Assembly: GCA_965649115.1 (NCBI GenBank)
Contig: CBFGJN010000008.1
Location: forward strand, 1-44,924
Length of the DNA: 44,924 bases
DNA from: a candidate division WOR-3 bacterium
GTDB taxonomy: Bacteria > Hydrothermota > Hydrothermia > LBFQ01 > DSFT01
Reading direction: 5' to 3'
The notes beneath the pieces were generated by a model. It did no database searches, was not told where the DNA came from, and saw only the letters and a list, made by a program, of their open reading frames with translations. The position numbers and the translations under genes were made by a program. Positions 27,973 to 36,690 of the stretch are shown one piece after another; the stretch's first letter is position 1; each line of letters opens with the position of its first letter.

Positions 27973-28106
27973 TGCTGTGTCTAGTAATTTTGAAAAGACG
28001 ATTAAATACCCATACTTATGCCTCAAAGGACTTAGCCTCCATTAACTCCTTGTAAAATCTATAATTTCATTAAAATTTTTCGCAAGTTATTCATTATCAA
28101 TTACTT
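27973..28106 (+). repeat. MITE-like repeat, degenerate tandem copy C
   Basis: TGCTGTGTCTAGTAATT start, AAATCTATAATTTC, and TATCAATTACTTA running into the stop of the next gene. Confidence 0.6.
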
Positions 28107-28586
28107 AACCCTAAAAAATTCAAGTATTGTAATTAAACCCATAAATAAGAAACTAAAAATTAATGTTAGGGATGTTATGTACTTCAAATAAACAAATAAT
28201 TTTGGTCCAAATGTTAAAAGCCATGGGTTTAAGATAAGCATTAGAATTGATAGAAAACTCAAAACAATAATAAAATTTTTTAGAAATTCATTTATTTGTG
28301 AAAATGAAAAGAAAATTGACAAGATAAGTGCTATCACGGGTGATATAAAGGCATGAAAATGTGATGTTTCAGACAGTTCCAAAGGTGTTTTTTGAAATCT
28401 TAACATTTCTTCATTCCCTTTATAATATGAGATTATATCACTTGGACTGAATGAACCATTAAGTTTAAAGTGGAGTATGAAGTGAGCAAAAATAAATCCA
28501 AGAATAACAAAAATATAAAAACATATAAAGGCAATTTTTATTGGAATTGGGAGTTCATTTAATTTTATCTTTAACATAGTTCTCAT
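28101..28586 (-). CDS. 4-TM membrane protein with HxH motif
   Basis: IISYYKG, LSETSHFHAF, PWL; last gene of a three-gene operon. The true start may be a few codons downstream. Confidence 0.65.
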   Translation of the reverse strand: MRTMLKIKLNELPIPIKIAFICFYIFVILGFIFAHFILHFKLNGSFSPSDIISYYKGNEEMLRFQKTPLELSETSHFHAFISPVIALILSIFFSFSQINEFLKNFIIVLSFLSILMLILNPWLLTFGPKLFVYLKYITSLTLIFSFLFMGLITILEFFRVK

Positions 28587-29043
28587 ATAAAAATAATGTT
28601 CTTTTTACAGCATAAGTTATAGAATTTACAGATATTGTAGCACCTGCTATATTTTTTATTTCTCTATTTACTCTTAGACTATCTCTTATAGTTTTATTTT
28701 CAAATTGGGATAAAAAACTTTTATTCTTTATTTCAAAACCATATGGTTCTCTATAAGCAAGGATTTCAATAAATTGAATAGAACCTTTTTTATTCAAAAC
28801 AATCATGAATGTAATTGGAAGATGTTTTCCAAGAACTTCATCAATTATAGCAACATTATCGCAACCATAATAGAATTTTAGACTATCTTTTAGTGGAGTA
28901 GGTAATTTATTTTTTTTCAGTTGATTTTTTATCTCTTTATCAATTTTCAAAGTTAAGCTATCAAATCTATTACAATTTTTAAAAGCTAATTTTAAAGCTT
29001 TTTCATTAGTTAAAAAAATTTCTGAAAATAGGAGGGGAAGCAT
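28555..29043 (-). CDS. FMN-binding (flavinylation-substrate) protein
   Basis: FLT..AL..AF, GKHLPIT, ILAYREPYG.EI...FL.QF, IAGATIS (S/T-G-A-T-like FMN attachment motif). Confidence 0.8.
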   Translation of the reverse strand: MLPLLFSEIFLTNEKALKLAFKNCNRFDSLTLKIDKEIKNQLKKNKLPTPLKDSLKFYYGCDNVAIIDEVLGKHLPITFMIVLNKKGSIQFIEILAYREPYGFEIKNKSFLSQFENKTIRDSLRVNREIKNIAGATISVNSITYAVKRTLFLYENYVKDKIK

Positions 29044-29050
29044 ATCCCCT

Positions 29051-29839
29051 CTAAAAGTTAATACTAAATATCATTCTTGCTTCAAGCTTCTCATGTTCAT
29101 CAAGAACATTAGTAATTTGAGGAGTAATTGTAAATGTAATCCAAAACTTTGAAGTAGAGTAATGTATAACTGGACCTAAGAAAAATGCATAGTGTTCTGC
29201 TTTTGTTGTAAATGGTAAAATTTGATCTTTAAATTCGCTATGTAGCCAGGCTTCAATACCAAATGAGAAATTATTAAGTTTATAAGCGATACCTGTTGGG
29301 AGCATAAATTTCGCCTCATTTTCAGTTTCTATATTACCAAAGGAATTGTAATTTCTTTGTAATTCTTGTTCAAATATAAAATTTAATGTTAATAGAAAAT
29401 TTCCAAGATACTTGCTAAGTAAAATTTTTTCTTCAAATTCTTGTTCATTCATTCTATATTTTCCTTCTAAATATATTCCAAAACCAATTGTATTTCTTGG
29501 ACTTGAAAATCTATGAACAACTGCAAGATCAATACCTTTAAATTTGAAATTTGATTGTTCTATTACATTGTTATTTTCATAAAATTGATAGTAAATTGAA
29601 GAATAGTTTAAATAAAGGGCAACATGGGTTTTTTCAGTTATAGCATATTCAAACTCTGTTCTCATATCCCAAAGATAGTACATTCCGTTTTCCTTTCCTG
29701 TTTTTAGTGTAGTCCATTGTTCAAGTTCAAACAACCCTCTTGGAAGATAATCTGTATCATAAGAGTAAGTGAAGAGCCTTTCGTGAGCATTCACAATTGA
29801 GAAATAGACTAAAATTGTAAAAGTTATCTTTCTTATCAT
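29051..29839 (-). CDS. Outer-membrane beta-barrel protein
   Basis: Signal peptide (IVNA), F.YSY....LP.G..ELEQW, EFEYAIT, alternating beta-strand pattern, terminal F. SD AGGAGG. Confidence 0.72.
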   Translation of the reverse strand: MIRKITFTILVYFSIVNAHERLFTYSYDTDYLPRGLFELEQWTTLKTGKENGMYYLWDMRTEFEYAITEKTHVALYLNYSSIYYQFYENNNVIEQSNFKFKGIDLAVVHRFSSPRNTIGFGIYLEGKYRMNEQEFEEKILLSKYLGNFLLTLNFIFEQELQRNYNSFGNIETENEAKFMLPTGIAYKLNNFSFGIEAWLHSEFKDQILPFTTKAEHYAFFLGPVIHYSTSKFWITFTITPQITNVLDEHEKLEARMIFSINF

Positions 29840-29898
29840 CTTTTAACCTCCTTTTAAATTTCTTACTTAGAAAGTCAGAAATTTTTTAGGACTAATTG

Positions 29899-29918
29899 TT
29901 GCAAATGATTTTCATTAA
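29899..29918 (-). promoter_or_regulatory. Fur-box-like operator
   Basis: Minus strand TTAATGAAAATCATTTGCAA resembles GATAATGATAATCATTATC and sits directly downstream of a TAAACT box (29920-29925). Confidence 0.6.
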
Positions 29919-30005
29919 AAGTTTATTAATTTTGCCTTTGTTTTTGGGGGCAACCCCCCCCTATTACTTAATTATTATTTATTGAACAAAGTATTTTTTT
30001 ATCTT

Positions 30006-30421
30006 CTATCTTATAAATACTTTAATAAGCTTTCTATCGTAGTATATGATATTCAAGCCACTTTTAAGGGGCACCTCGTTTGAGTACCCTTCATTAATAA
30101 TTTGTCCTTTTGTATTAAACACTTTATAGTGCTTTTTACTATTGAAAACAATCAAGTAATCCTTATTTGAAAACCTTGTGAATTAGGTAAGATAAACAAT
30201 TCAAAAGCGTTTAACTTTCTTATCATACAAGCAGAACAGTTACAAGAACCTATAACACTTCCACCACTATTTATGCAAGCGTCGTAATCGACACATGCAG
30301 AACAATACCCATTAGGACAATCATAAGTTGTTCCACTTGACTGACAAGTGCAGGTACCTCCCAAAATTATACGAGGTGTACTTACCAACATAATAAATAA
30401 TATCACCAGCTTCCATCTCAT
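30006..30421 (-). CDS. Secreted Cys-rich mini-protein; T9SS-type CTD encoded in the -1 frame (frameshift near 30170)
   Basis: TATAAT (30451-30456) and SD GGAGG, signal-like N-terminus, 9 Cys. Frame 0 stops at 30152. The -1 frame 30170-30006 reads ...YKVFNTKGQII...LKSGLNII...KLIKVFIR*. Confidence 0.7.
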
Positions 30422-30478
30422 ACTTTAACCTCCTTTTTCGCAGTGTTAAAATTATAAAGCATAAATTTTTGTTTTGTC

Positions 30479-30600
30479 TGCCTTGTCCAATAATTCTAAA
30501 AATATATATTTAAATAAGCTTTCAGCTTTAAAATACCCCTATTTCGGCAGGGGGGCTATCGCCCCCTACTAAAAACCCCTGATAAATCTATAAATTTCAT
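30479..30600 (+). repeat. Partial copy of the MITE-like repeat
   Basis: TGCCTTGTCCAATAATT end, AAGCT-TTC-AGCTT, GGGGGC-TATC-GCCCCC, AAATCTATAAATTTC. Confidence 0.65.
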
Positions 30601-30659
30601 TTCAAAGTAAAATAATTCTGAAAAAAGAACATTGTATAACAGTCCTTTAAAATTTTCAT

Positions 30660-32219
30660 ATGTTAAGACCGTTTAGTCCCGAACCTTATGTAGATTACAA
30701 AAAACCTGAAAATGAGAAAGCTTTAAAAGATTGGATAAATAAACATAAGGAGCAATTTCCACTAAGAATACCCCTTTTTATTGATGGAAAAGAAATTTAT
30801 AAAAATGAAACTTTCAAAAGTATAAGCCCTAATGATAAAAACATAATAGTGGCAGATGTTTCCTCTGCTGATACTAATGATGTTGATAAGGCACTTGAAA
30901 GTGCCTATAAAGCTTTTAAATTTTGGAGTAGATTGTCAGTTGAGGAAAGAGCTAATATTTTATTAAAAGCTGCTAAATTAATGAGAGAAAGAAGATTTGA
31001 AATTGTATCTCTTATGAGTTATGAAGTTTCAAAAAATTGGCTTGAAGCTGATGCAGATGTCGCAGAAGCAATTGATTTTTGTGAGTACTACGCAAGGGAA
31101 ATGCTTGATATTGAAAGACACATAAGAGGTGGATTATATTATTTACCAACTGAAAATAATACCTATTATTATATTCCTCTTGGTGTTGTTGCAGTAATTC
31201 CCCCTTGGAACTTTCCATTAGCTATATTAACAGGTATGACTGTTGCAGCATTAGTAGCGGGAAACACTGTTGTCTTGAAACCTGCAAGTGATTCGCCAGC
31301 AGTTGGTTATAAGCTGATAGAAATTTTAAAAGAGGTAGGTATTCCTGATGGTGTTATAAACTACATTCCTGGACCTGGTGGTGTAATTGGTGATTATTTA
31401 GTAGAACATCCACTTGTTAGAATGATTGCATTTACAGGTTCAAAGGAAGTTGGAATAAGAATTTATGAACTTGCTTCTAAGGTTAAACCTGGTCAGAAAT
31501 TCCTTAAAAGAGTAATAGCTGAAATGGGAGGAAAAGATCCTATAATTGTTGATAGCTCAGCCAAAATTGACGATTATTTATTTAATCAAATTGTAATAAG
31601 TGCTTTTGGATTTCAAGGTCAAAAATGTTCAGCTTGTAGTAGGTTAATAATTGTTGAAGATATTTATGACGAGGTTATTGATGGTGTTGTTGAATGGACA
31701 AGAAAACTAACTATTGGTCCATCTACTGAAAATTATAATTTTAATGCAGTTATAAATGCAGGTGCTGAAAAGAAAATTCTTGGGTATATTGAGATTGGGA
31801 AGAGTGAAGGAAAATTAATTTTAGGTGGTAAAAAAGCGGATATTGGAATAGATGGATTTTATATTGAACCTACTATATTTAAAGATGTTTCACCAAAAGC
31901 AAAAATAGCTCAAGAGGAGATATTTGGTCCTGTACTTTCAATTATAAAAGCAAAGAATTTTGATGAGGCTATTGAGATAGCAAATGATAGTGAATATGGT
32001 TTAACAGGAGCAGTCTTTTGTAGAGATAGATATAAAATTGAGAAGGCAAAAAGGGAGCTTATGATCGGAAACCTATATATAAATAGGAAATGTACAGGTG
32101 CTATTGTAGGAGTTCATCCTTTTGGTGGATTTAATATGAGTGGAACTGACGCAAAAGCAGGTGGTCCGGATTACCTATTGTACTTTTTACAAGGGAAAAG
32201 CATTTCAGAAGCTATTTAA
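30660..32219 (+). CDS. pruA: L-glutamate gamma-semialdehyde (P5C) dehydrogenase
   Basis: EAIDFCEYYA, PWNFP, FTGS, AEMGGK, SAFGFQGQKCSACSR, EEIFGP, KAGGPDYL. Confidence 0.93.
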   Translation: MLRPFSPEPYVDYKKPENEKALKDWINKHKEQFPLRIPLFIDGKEIYKNETFKSISPNDKNIIVADVSSADTNDVDKALESAYKAFKFWSRLSVEERANILLKAAKLMRERRFEIVSLMSYEVSKNWLEADADVAEAIDFCEYYAREMLDIERHIRGGLYYLPTENNTYYYIPLGVVAVIPPWNFPLAILTGMTVAALVAGNTVVLKPASDSPAVGYKLIEILKEVGIPDGVINYIPGPGGVIGDYLVEHPLVRMIAFTGSKEVGIRIYELASKVKPGQKFLKRVIAEMGGKDPIIVDSSAKIDDYLFNQIVISAFGFQGQKCSACSRLIIVEDIYDEVIDGVVEWTRKLTIGPSTENYNFNAVINAGAEKKILGYIEIGKSEGKLILGGKKADIGIDGFYIEPTIFKDVSPKAKIAQEEIFGPVLSIIKAKNFDEAIEIANDSEYGLTGAVFCRDRYKIEKAKRELMIGNLYINRKCTGAIVGVHPFGGFNMSGTDAKAGGPDYLLYFLQGKSISEAI

Positions 32220-32224
32220 GTTCA

Positions 32225-33523
32225 TTAACTACAATTTCTACCAATAGGATAATATTCAAATTTATATTTTAGAACTTCTTCACATTCAAATATATTTCTA
32301 CCATCAACAATTATGTGTGTTCTCATAAGTTTTCTCATTTTTTCAAAATCTACATTTTTGAATTCTTCCCATTCTGTTATAATTAAAAGAGCATTAGCAT
32401 TTTCTAAAACTTCGTACTTATCTTTTCCATAAATTATATTTGGAAATAATTTCTTAAAATTTTCAATTGCTTTTGGATCATAAGCACTTACAATAGAACC
32501 TTCTTCCAATAATTTTTTGACAATTTTTATACTTGGTGCTTCTCTTATATCGTCTGTATTTGGTTTGAAAGATAATCCCCATATTGCAATTTTCTTATTT
32601 TTCAAATTCCAAAGAGCATTTTTTAATTTCTCTATAACTCTATCAATTCTACTATTATTTATTTTTTCAACTACTTCAAGTAGTGAAAAATCTAAACCAT
32701 AACTTTTTCCAATGTAATAAAATGCTTTTACATCTTTTGGAAAGCAATATCCACCATAACCAATACCAGCATTTAAGAATTCTCTACCAATTCTTTTATC
32801 ATATCCCATACCTTCCGCTACTTTTTTGATATCAGCTCCTGTCTTTTCACATAAATCTGCAACCATATTTATAAATGATATTTTCATAGCTAAAAATGCA
32901 TTTGAAGCATGTTTAATAATTTCAGCAGTATTTACATCTGTTATAATTTTAGGAGCATTTATTTTTTCATATATTTTTAATAAAATTTCTTTTGCCCTTT
33001 CACTTTCAACACCTATTACGATTCTATCAGGATTGAAAGTATCGTGTAGTGCAGAACCCTCTCTTAAAAATTCTGGATTGCTTGCTACATCAAATTCTGC
33101 GTTTTCACTTGAATATAATTTTATAGTTCTTTTTATCCACTGAGCAGTTTGAACAGGAACAGTTGATTTTTCAACAATAAGTTTATAACCATTTAAATTT
33201 TCCGCTATGATTCTACTTACTTCTTCAACTTGACTTAAATCAGGAGAGCCGTCTGGATTTGTTGGTGTTCCAACGCAAATAAAAATAACATCTGAAATTT
33301 TTATAGTTTCTCGTATATCTTCTAAAAATTCAATTTGATTTTTTTCTAACATTTCTAATAATAGTTCGTCAAGTCCAGGTTCATATATAGGACAAATTCC
33401 TTTTTTTAATTTTTCAAGTTTATTTTTATCTTTATCATTTCCATAAACTTTAAAGCCAAGTTTAGCAAATGTTAAAGCAGTTGTAAGTCCTACATATCCA
33501 AGTCCAATAACTCCTATTTTCAT
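32225..33523 (-). CDS. ugd: UDP-glucose 6-dehydrogenase
   Basis: GLGYVG, VGTP, KSTVP, SNPEFLREG, GYGGYCFPKD, FKPNTDD.RE, DGRN. Confidence 0.92.
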   Translation of the reverse strand: MKIGVIGLGYVGLTTALTFAKLGFKVYGNDKDKNKLEKLKKGICPIYEPGLDELLLEMLEKNQIEFLEDIRETIKISDVIFICVGTPTNPDGSPDLSQVEEVSRIIAENLNGYKLIVEKSTVPVQTAQWIKRTIKLYSSENAEFDVASNPEFLREGSALHDTFNPDRIVIGVESERAKEILLKIYEKINAPKIITDVNTAEIIKHASNAFLAMKISFINMVADLCEKTGADIKKVAEGMGYDKRIGREFLNAGIGYGGYCFPKDVKAFYYIGKSYGLDFSLLEVVEKINNSRIDRVIEKLKNALWNLKNKKIAIWGLSFKPNTDDIREAPSIKIVKKLLEEGSIVSAYDPKAIENFKKLFPNIIYGKDKYEVLENANALLIITEWEEFKNVDFEKMRKLMRTHIIVDGRNIFECEEVLKYKFEYYPIGRNCS

Positions 33524-33589
33524 AAATTTTCAAAATTTTAAAGTTAATAAAAATTGCCTTATAATCTCTCCCAAAAATCAATTTTTCTG

Positions 33590-33793
33590 TGCTTTGTCCA
33601 GTAATTATTGCTAAATGCTTGATTATCAATGACTTACGAAAATTTCAATAAAACTATTGATTTCATGGGGGGATTTTAGGGGGGCGAAGCCCCCCATAGC
33701 CGAAAAATGGGCATTTTAAAGCCGAAGGCTTAAATATAGGGTGGGTGGGAAAATAAAGAAAAATAAATAATTCCAGAATTATTGGACAAGGCA
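33590..33793 (-). mobile_element. MITE-like repeat, full-length inverted copy with 9-bp flanking direct repeat
   Basis: TIRs TGCTTTGTCCAGTAATT and AATTATTGGACAAGGCA. ATTTTTCTG at both 33581-33589 and 33794-33802. Confidence 0.82.
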
Positions 33794-33820
33794 ATTTTTC
33801 TGTGCTTTATTTCTAAGAAC

Positions 33821-34486
33821 TTAAAAGTAATATCTTTTTCTTCTTATATAACTTCTCTTAAATGGTAAATAAAATAATGCGGTTATTAAGCCTGCAATAA
33901 AACCTCCAATGTGTGCCCAAAAAGCAATTCCTGTGCTTACATTTAATAATGTTGAGAATGTTCCCTGAATAAACTGATTTAAAAACCATATACCAAGATA
34001 AATGATTGCAGGAATTTCAGCTAATCCGATATATAAAAATGGTATAAAAACAATTGAAAGAATTCTTGAAGTTGGAAAGAATACAAAGTAAGCTCCAAGA
34101 ACACCACTTATAGCACCACTTGCTCCAATCATTGGAATGTTTGAATTTGAATAGAAAAATGCTTGAAGTAGTGCTGCACATATTCCCCAAAATATATAAA
34201 AAATAAGAAATTTTAAATGTCCTAAAACATCTTCAACATTATCTCCAAAAATAAACAAGAATAACATATTTGAAAAGATGTGGAAAAATCCACCATGTAA
34301 AAACATTGCTGTTATTATGTTTATAAAATTAAAATCAGCAGGTATGAAACCATATTTGTAAATAAATTCCTCGGGATTTGGATAAATAAAATAGTGATAA
34401 ATATAAACGATAACATTTGTTAGAATAATTAAGTAGCTAATAATTGGAAATGAATATGATTTTATTTCATCTTTTAATGGAAACAT
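33821..34486 (-). CDS. Rhomboid intramembrane serine protease
   Basis: MFLHGG..HI..NM, GDNVED, GASG, AHIGGF. Confidence 0.92.
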   Translation of the reverse strand: MFPLKDEIKSYSFPIISYLIILTNVIVYIYHYFIYPNPEEFIYKYGFIPADFNFINIITAMFLHGGFFHIFSNMLFLFIFGDNVEDVLGHLKFLIFYIFWGICAALLQAFFYSNSNIPMIGASGAISGVLGAYFVFFPTSRILSIVFIPFLYIGLAEIPAIIYLGIWFLNQFIQGTFSTLLNVSTGIAFWAHIGGFIAGLITALFYLPFKRSYIRRKRYYF

Positions 34487-35423
34487 CTAAATTTTTTAAC
34501 CTCCTCTCAATATCTTCCACTATAAGTTGAGCTATTTTTAAAGCTTTTAATCCGTCTTCTCCACTAACTTTTGGTCTTCTATTTTCAATGATTGAATTTA
34601 TAAATTCTTGAACTTCTACTTTTAATGGCTCTAAATTTTCATCAACATCTAGAAAATATGGTAATATGGCATCTTCTTCCTTAATAATCATATAACTTTC
34701 CTTTGATAATAAGTTTATTGAAATATATCTATCGTTTTGAAAAATTCTAATTTCTCTAACTTTTTTTAATGAAACCCTACTAACTGTTAAACTGATTACA
34801 GATGAATTTTTAAACTCTACTCTTGCACTTGCAATATCAATTTTATCTGTTAAAACAGGAGCTCCTACTGCATGAACGAAAATAGGCTCGCTTTTTATAT
34901 AATTTAAAGCAATATCCAAATCATGTATCATTAAATCTTTTATAACATCAACATCTGTTCCTCTTGGATTGAATGGTGCTATTCTAAGTGTTTCAATATA
35001 AAAGGGTTCTTTTATAAATTTTTCAGAAGCTAATATAGCTGGATTAAATCTTTCAATATGTCCAACCATAAGTTTTAATTTTTTTTCATTTGATAGTTTT
35101 ACTAATTCTTCTCCTTGTTCAATTGTTTCACTAATTGGTTTTTCTATAAATAAGTGTTTGTTTTTATTTAAGACTTTTATACCTACTCTATAATGGTGCT
35201 TTGTCGGAACAGCACAAATGACAGCGTCAACATTATCTATTAATTCTTCTTCACTTTCAAATGCTTTTACTTTATAAGCATTCGCTATTTTAATTTTCCT
35301 TTCATTATCAATATCATAAACCCCTACAAAATCAACGTTTTTAATTTCAGATAAAACTCTTGCATGTAATGAGCCTAAGTATCCAACACCTATAATTCCA
35401 ATCCTAATTTTATCTATCAACAT
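34467..35423 (-). CDS. Gfo/Idh/MocA oxidoreductase (GnnA-like)
   Basis: GVGYLG..HAR, EKP, VGHIERFNPA, DLMIHDLD. Confidence 0.88.
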   Translation of the reverse strand: MLIDKIRIGIIGVGYLGSLHARVLSEIKNVDFVGVYDIDNERKIKIANAYKVKAFESEEELIDNVDAVICAVPTKHHYRVGIKVLNKNKHLFIEKPISETIEQGEELVKLSNEKKLKLMVGHIERFNPAILASEKFIKEPFYIETLRIAPFNPRGTDVDVIKDLMIHDLDIALNYIKSEPIFVHAVGAPVLTDKIDIASARVEFKNSSVISLTVSRVSLKKVREIRIFQNDRYISINLLSKESYMIIKEEDAILPYFLDVDENLEPLKVEVQEFINSIIENRRPKVSGEDGLKALKIAQLIVEDIERRLKNLDVSIKR

Positions 35424-36576
35424 CTCCGAACACTGGATCTAAACTTCCCAGTATTGCTATTACATCAGGAATTTTTACATTTTTAACAAGATATGGAAGA
35501 ACTGAAAGATTTGAAAATGAAGGAGATCTAAGCTTTAATCTATAAGGTTTTGTAGTGTTATCTGAAACAATAAATGCTCCCATTTCTCCTCTTGGTGATT
35601 CAACCCTTGCATAAACTTCAATGTTTTCAGGTGGTTTAAAAGCAACAGGTGCTTTAAGTGGTGGTCTTGAACTTATTGGACCAGATGGAATACCTTCTAT
35701 AATTTGTCTTATGATTTTGACACTTTCTATAACTTCAAGTCCTCTAACCATCCATCTACTATAACAATCACAACCATTTTGAACGATCACTTTAAAATCT
35801 AATTCTCCATAAGCATCATAAGGTTCAGCTTTTCTAACATCATAATCAATACCACTTCCTCTCAATACTGGACCAGAGCAACCATATAACTTAGCAATTT
35901 CAGGTGGTAAAATACCTACTCCAATAGTTCTTGCTCTAAATGTTGGATTTTTTTCTACAAGTGGAATTAATTCATCGTATATAAATTTCTCTACTAATTC
36001 ACAAAATTTTCTTGTTTTATTTATCCATTCAGAAGATGGTATATCATATCTAACACCACCAATTTGAACTGCATTTAAATGAAACCTTGTTCCTGTAAAT
36101 TCTTCCATTAAAGCAAGTCCAAATTCTCTTATTCTAAATGCTCTCATAAATACACTTGTTCCTCCTCCAAGTGCTCCTCCTAAATCAAGACCATAAGTTC
36201 CAATAGCAATCATATGTGATGTTATCCTTGATATTTCAGCAAGCAATGTCCTAATGTACTTTGCTCTTCTTGGAACTTCAACATTTCCTGCTTTTTCAAG
36301 TGCTAAGACAAAGCATAAAGCATTGCTGATAGGAGATAAATAATCATTTCTTTCAAGTATCGGAGGAATTTGAACATAATTTAAATGCTCGCATAGTTTT
36401 TCAACACCCCTATGTAAAAATCCAATATCAGGCTTACAATCAATAACATTTTCACCTGAAATTGTAAGTATTAGTCTTAAAACACCATGTGTTGAAGGAT
36501 GTTGTGGTCCCATATTCAAAATTAATTTATCACCTTCAAAAGATTCTACTTCAAATCCCATTCCAAGTTCGGACAT
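35410..36576 (-). CDS. nuoD: NADH-quinone oxidoreductase subunit D
   Basis: LNMGPQHPSTHGVLR, GFLHRGVEK, R.DYL, GPVLRGSG, ESPRGE, C-terminal GDVDR. No NiFe CxxC motifs. Confidence 0.92.
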   Translation of the reverse strand: MSELGMGFEVESFEGDKLILNMGPQHPSTHGVLRLILTISGENVIDCKPDIGFLHRGVEKLCEHLNYVQIPPILERNDYLSPISNALCFVLALEKAGNVEVPRRAKYIRTLLAEISRITSHMIAIGTYGLDLGGALGGGTSVFMRAFRIREFGLALMEEFTGTRFHLNAVQIGGVRYDIPSSEWINKTRKFCELVEKFIYDELIPLVEKNPTFRARTIGVGILPPEIAKLYGCSGPVLRGSGIDYDVRKAEPYDAYGELDFKVIVQNGCDCYSRWMVRGLEVIESVKIIRQIIEGIPSGPISSRPPLKAPVAFKPPENIEVYARVESPRGEMGAFIVSDNTTKPYRLKLRSPSFSNLSVLPYLVKNVKIPDVIAILGSLDPVFGDVDR

Positions 36577-36593
36577 ATTGAAAGTTTAAAGCT

Positions 36594-36690
36594 TGATGTG
36601 TCCAAAAATTCTGAAAATATCTATTTTTCTATCTTTTGGCTTTAATGCCCATTTTTCGGCAGTGGGGGACTTTAAATCAATAATTTATAA
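36594..36690 (+). repeat. Degenerate partial copy of the MITE-like repeat
   Basis: TGATGTGTCCAAAAATTCTG end, GCCCATTTTTCGGC, AATCAATAATTTA. Confidence 0.55.

Noticed and set aside
27574..28106. Possible CRISPR array or integron attC array
   Set aside because: Units are ~200 bp with TIRs and 9-nt gaps. There are no unique 30-40 nt spacers, no cassette ORFs and no cas or integrase genes.
30066..30091. Hairpin as terminator of the Cys-rich gene
   Set aside because: It is imperfect, has no U-tract on the minus strand, and lies inside the -1 frame CTD coding region.
22600..30175. Programmed ribosomal frameshifting at the Nudix and Cys-rich genes
   Set aside because: Neither site has a canonical slippery heptamer or a run long enough for transcriptional slippage, so it cannot be claimed without reads.
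30340..30421. Double-glycine bacteriocin leader (ILGG|TC)
   Set aside because: The leader is hydrophobic and Sec-like, lacks the ELxxxEL pattern, and no peptidase-ABC transporter or modification enzyme is nearby.
35410..36576. Group 4 NiFe-hydrogenase large subunit
   Set aside because: Both CxxC nickel-binding motifs are absent.
23743..36605. Repeat TIR (TAGACA/TGGACA) supplying outward -35 elements to adjacent promoters
   Set aside because: Spacing to the -10 boxes is inconsistent (about 11, 26 and 27 nt).
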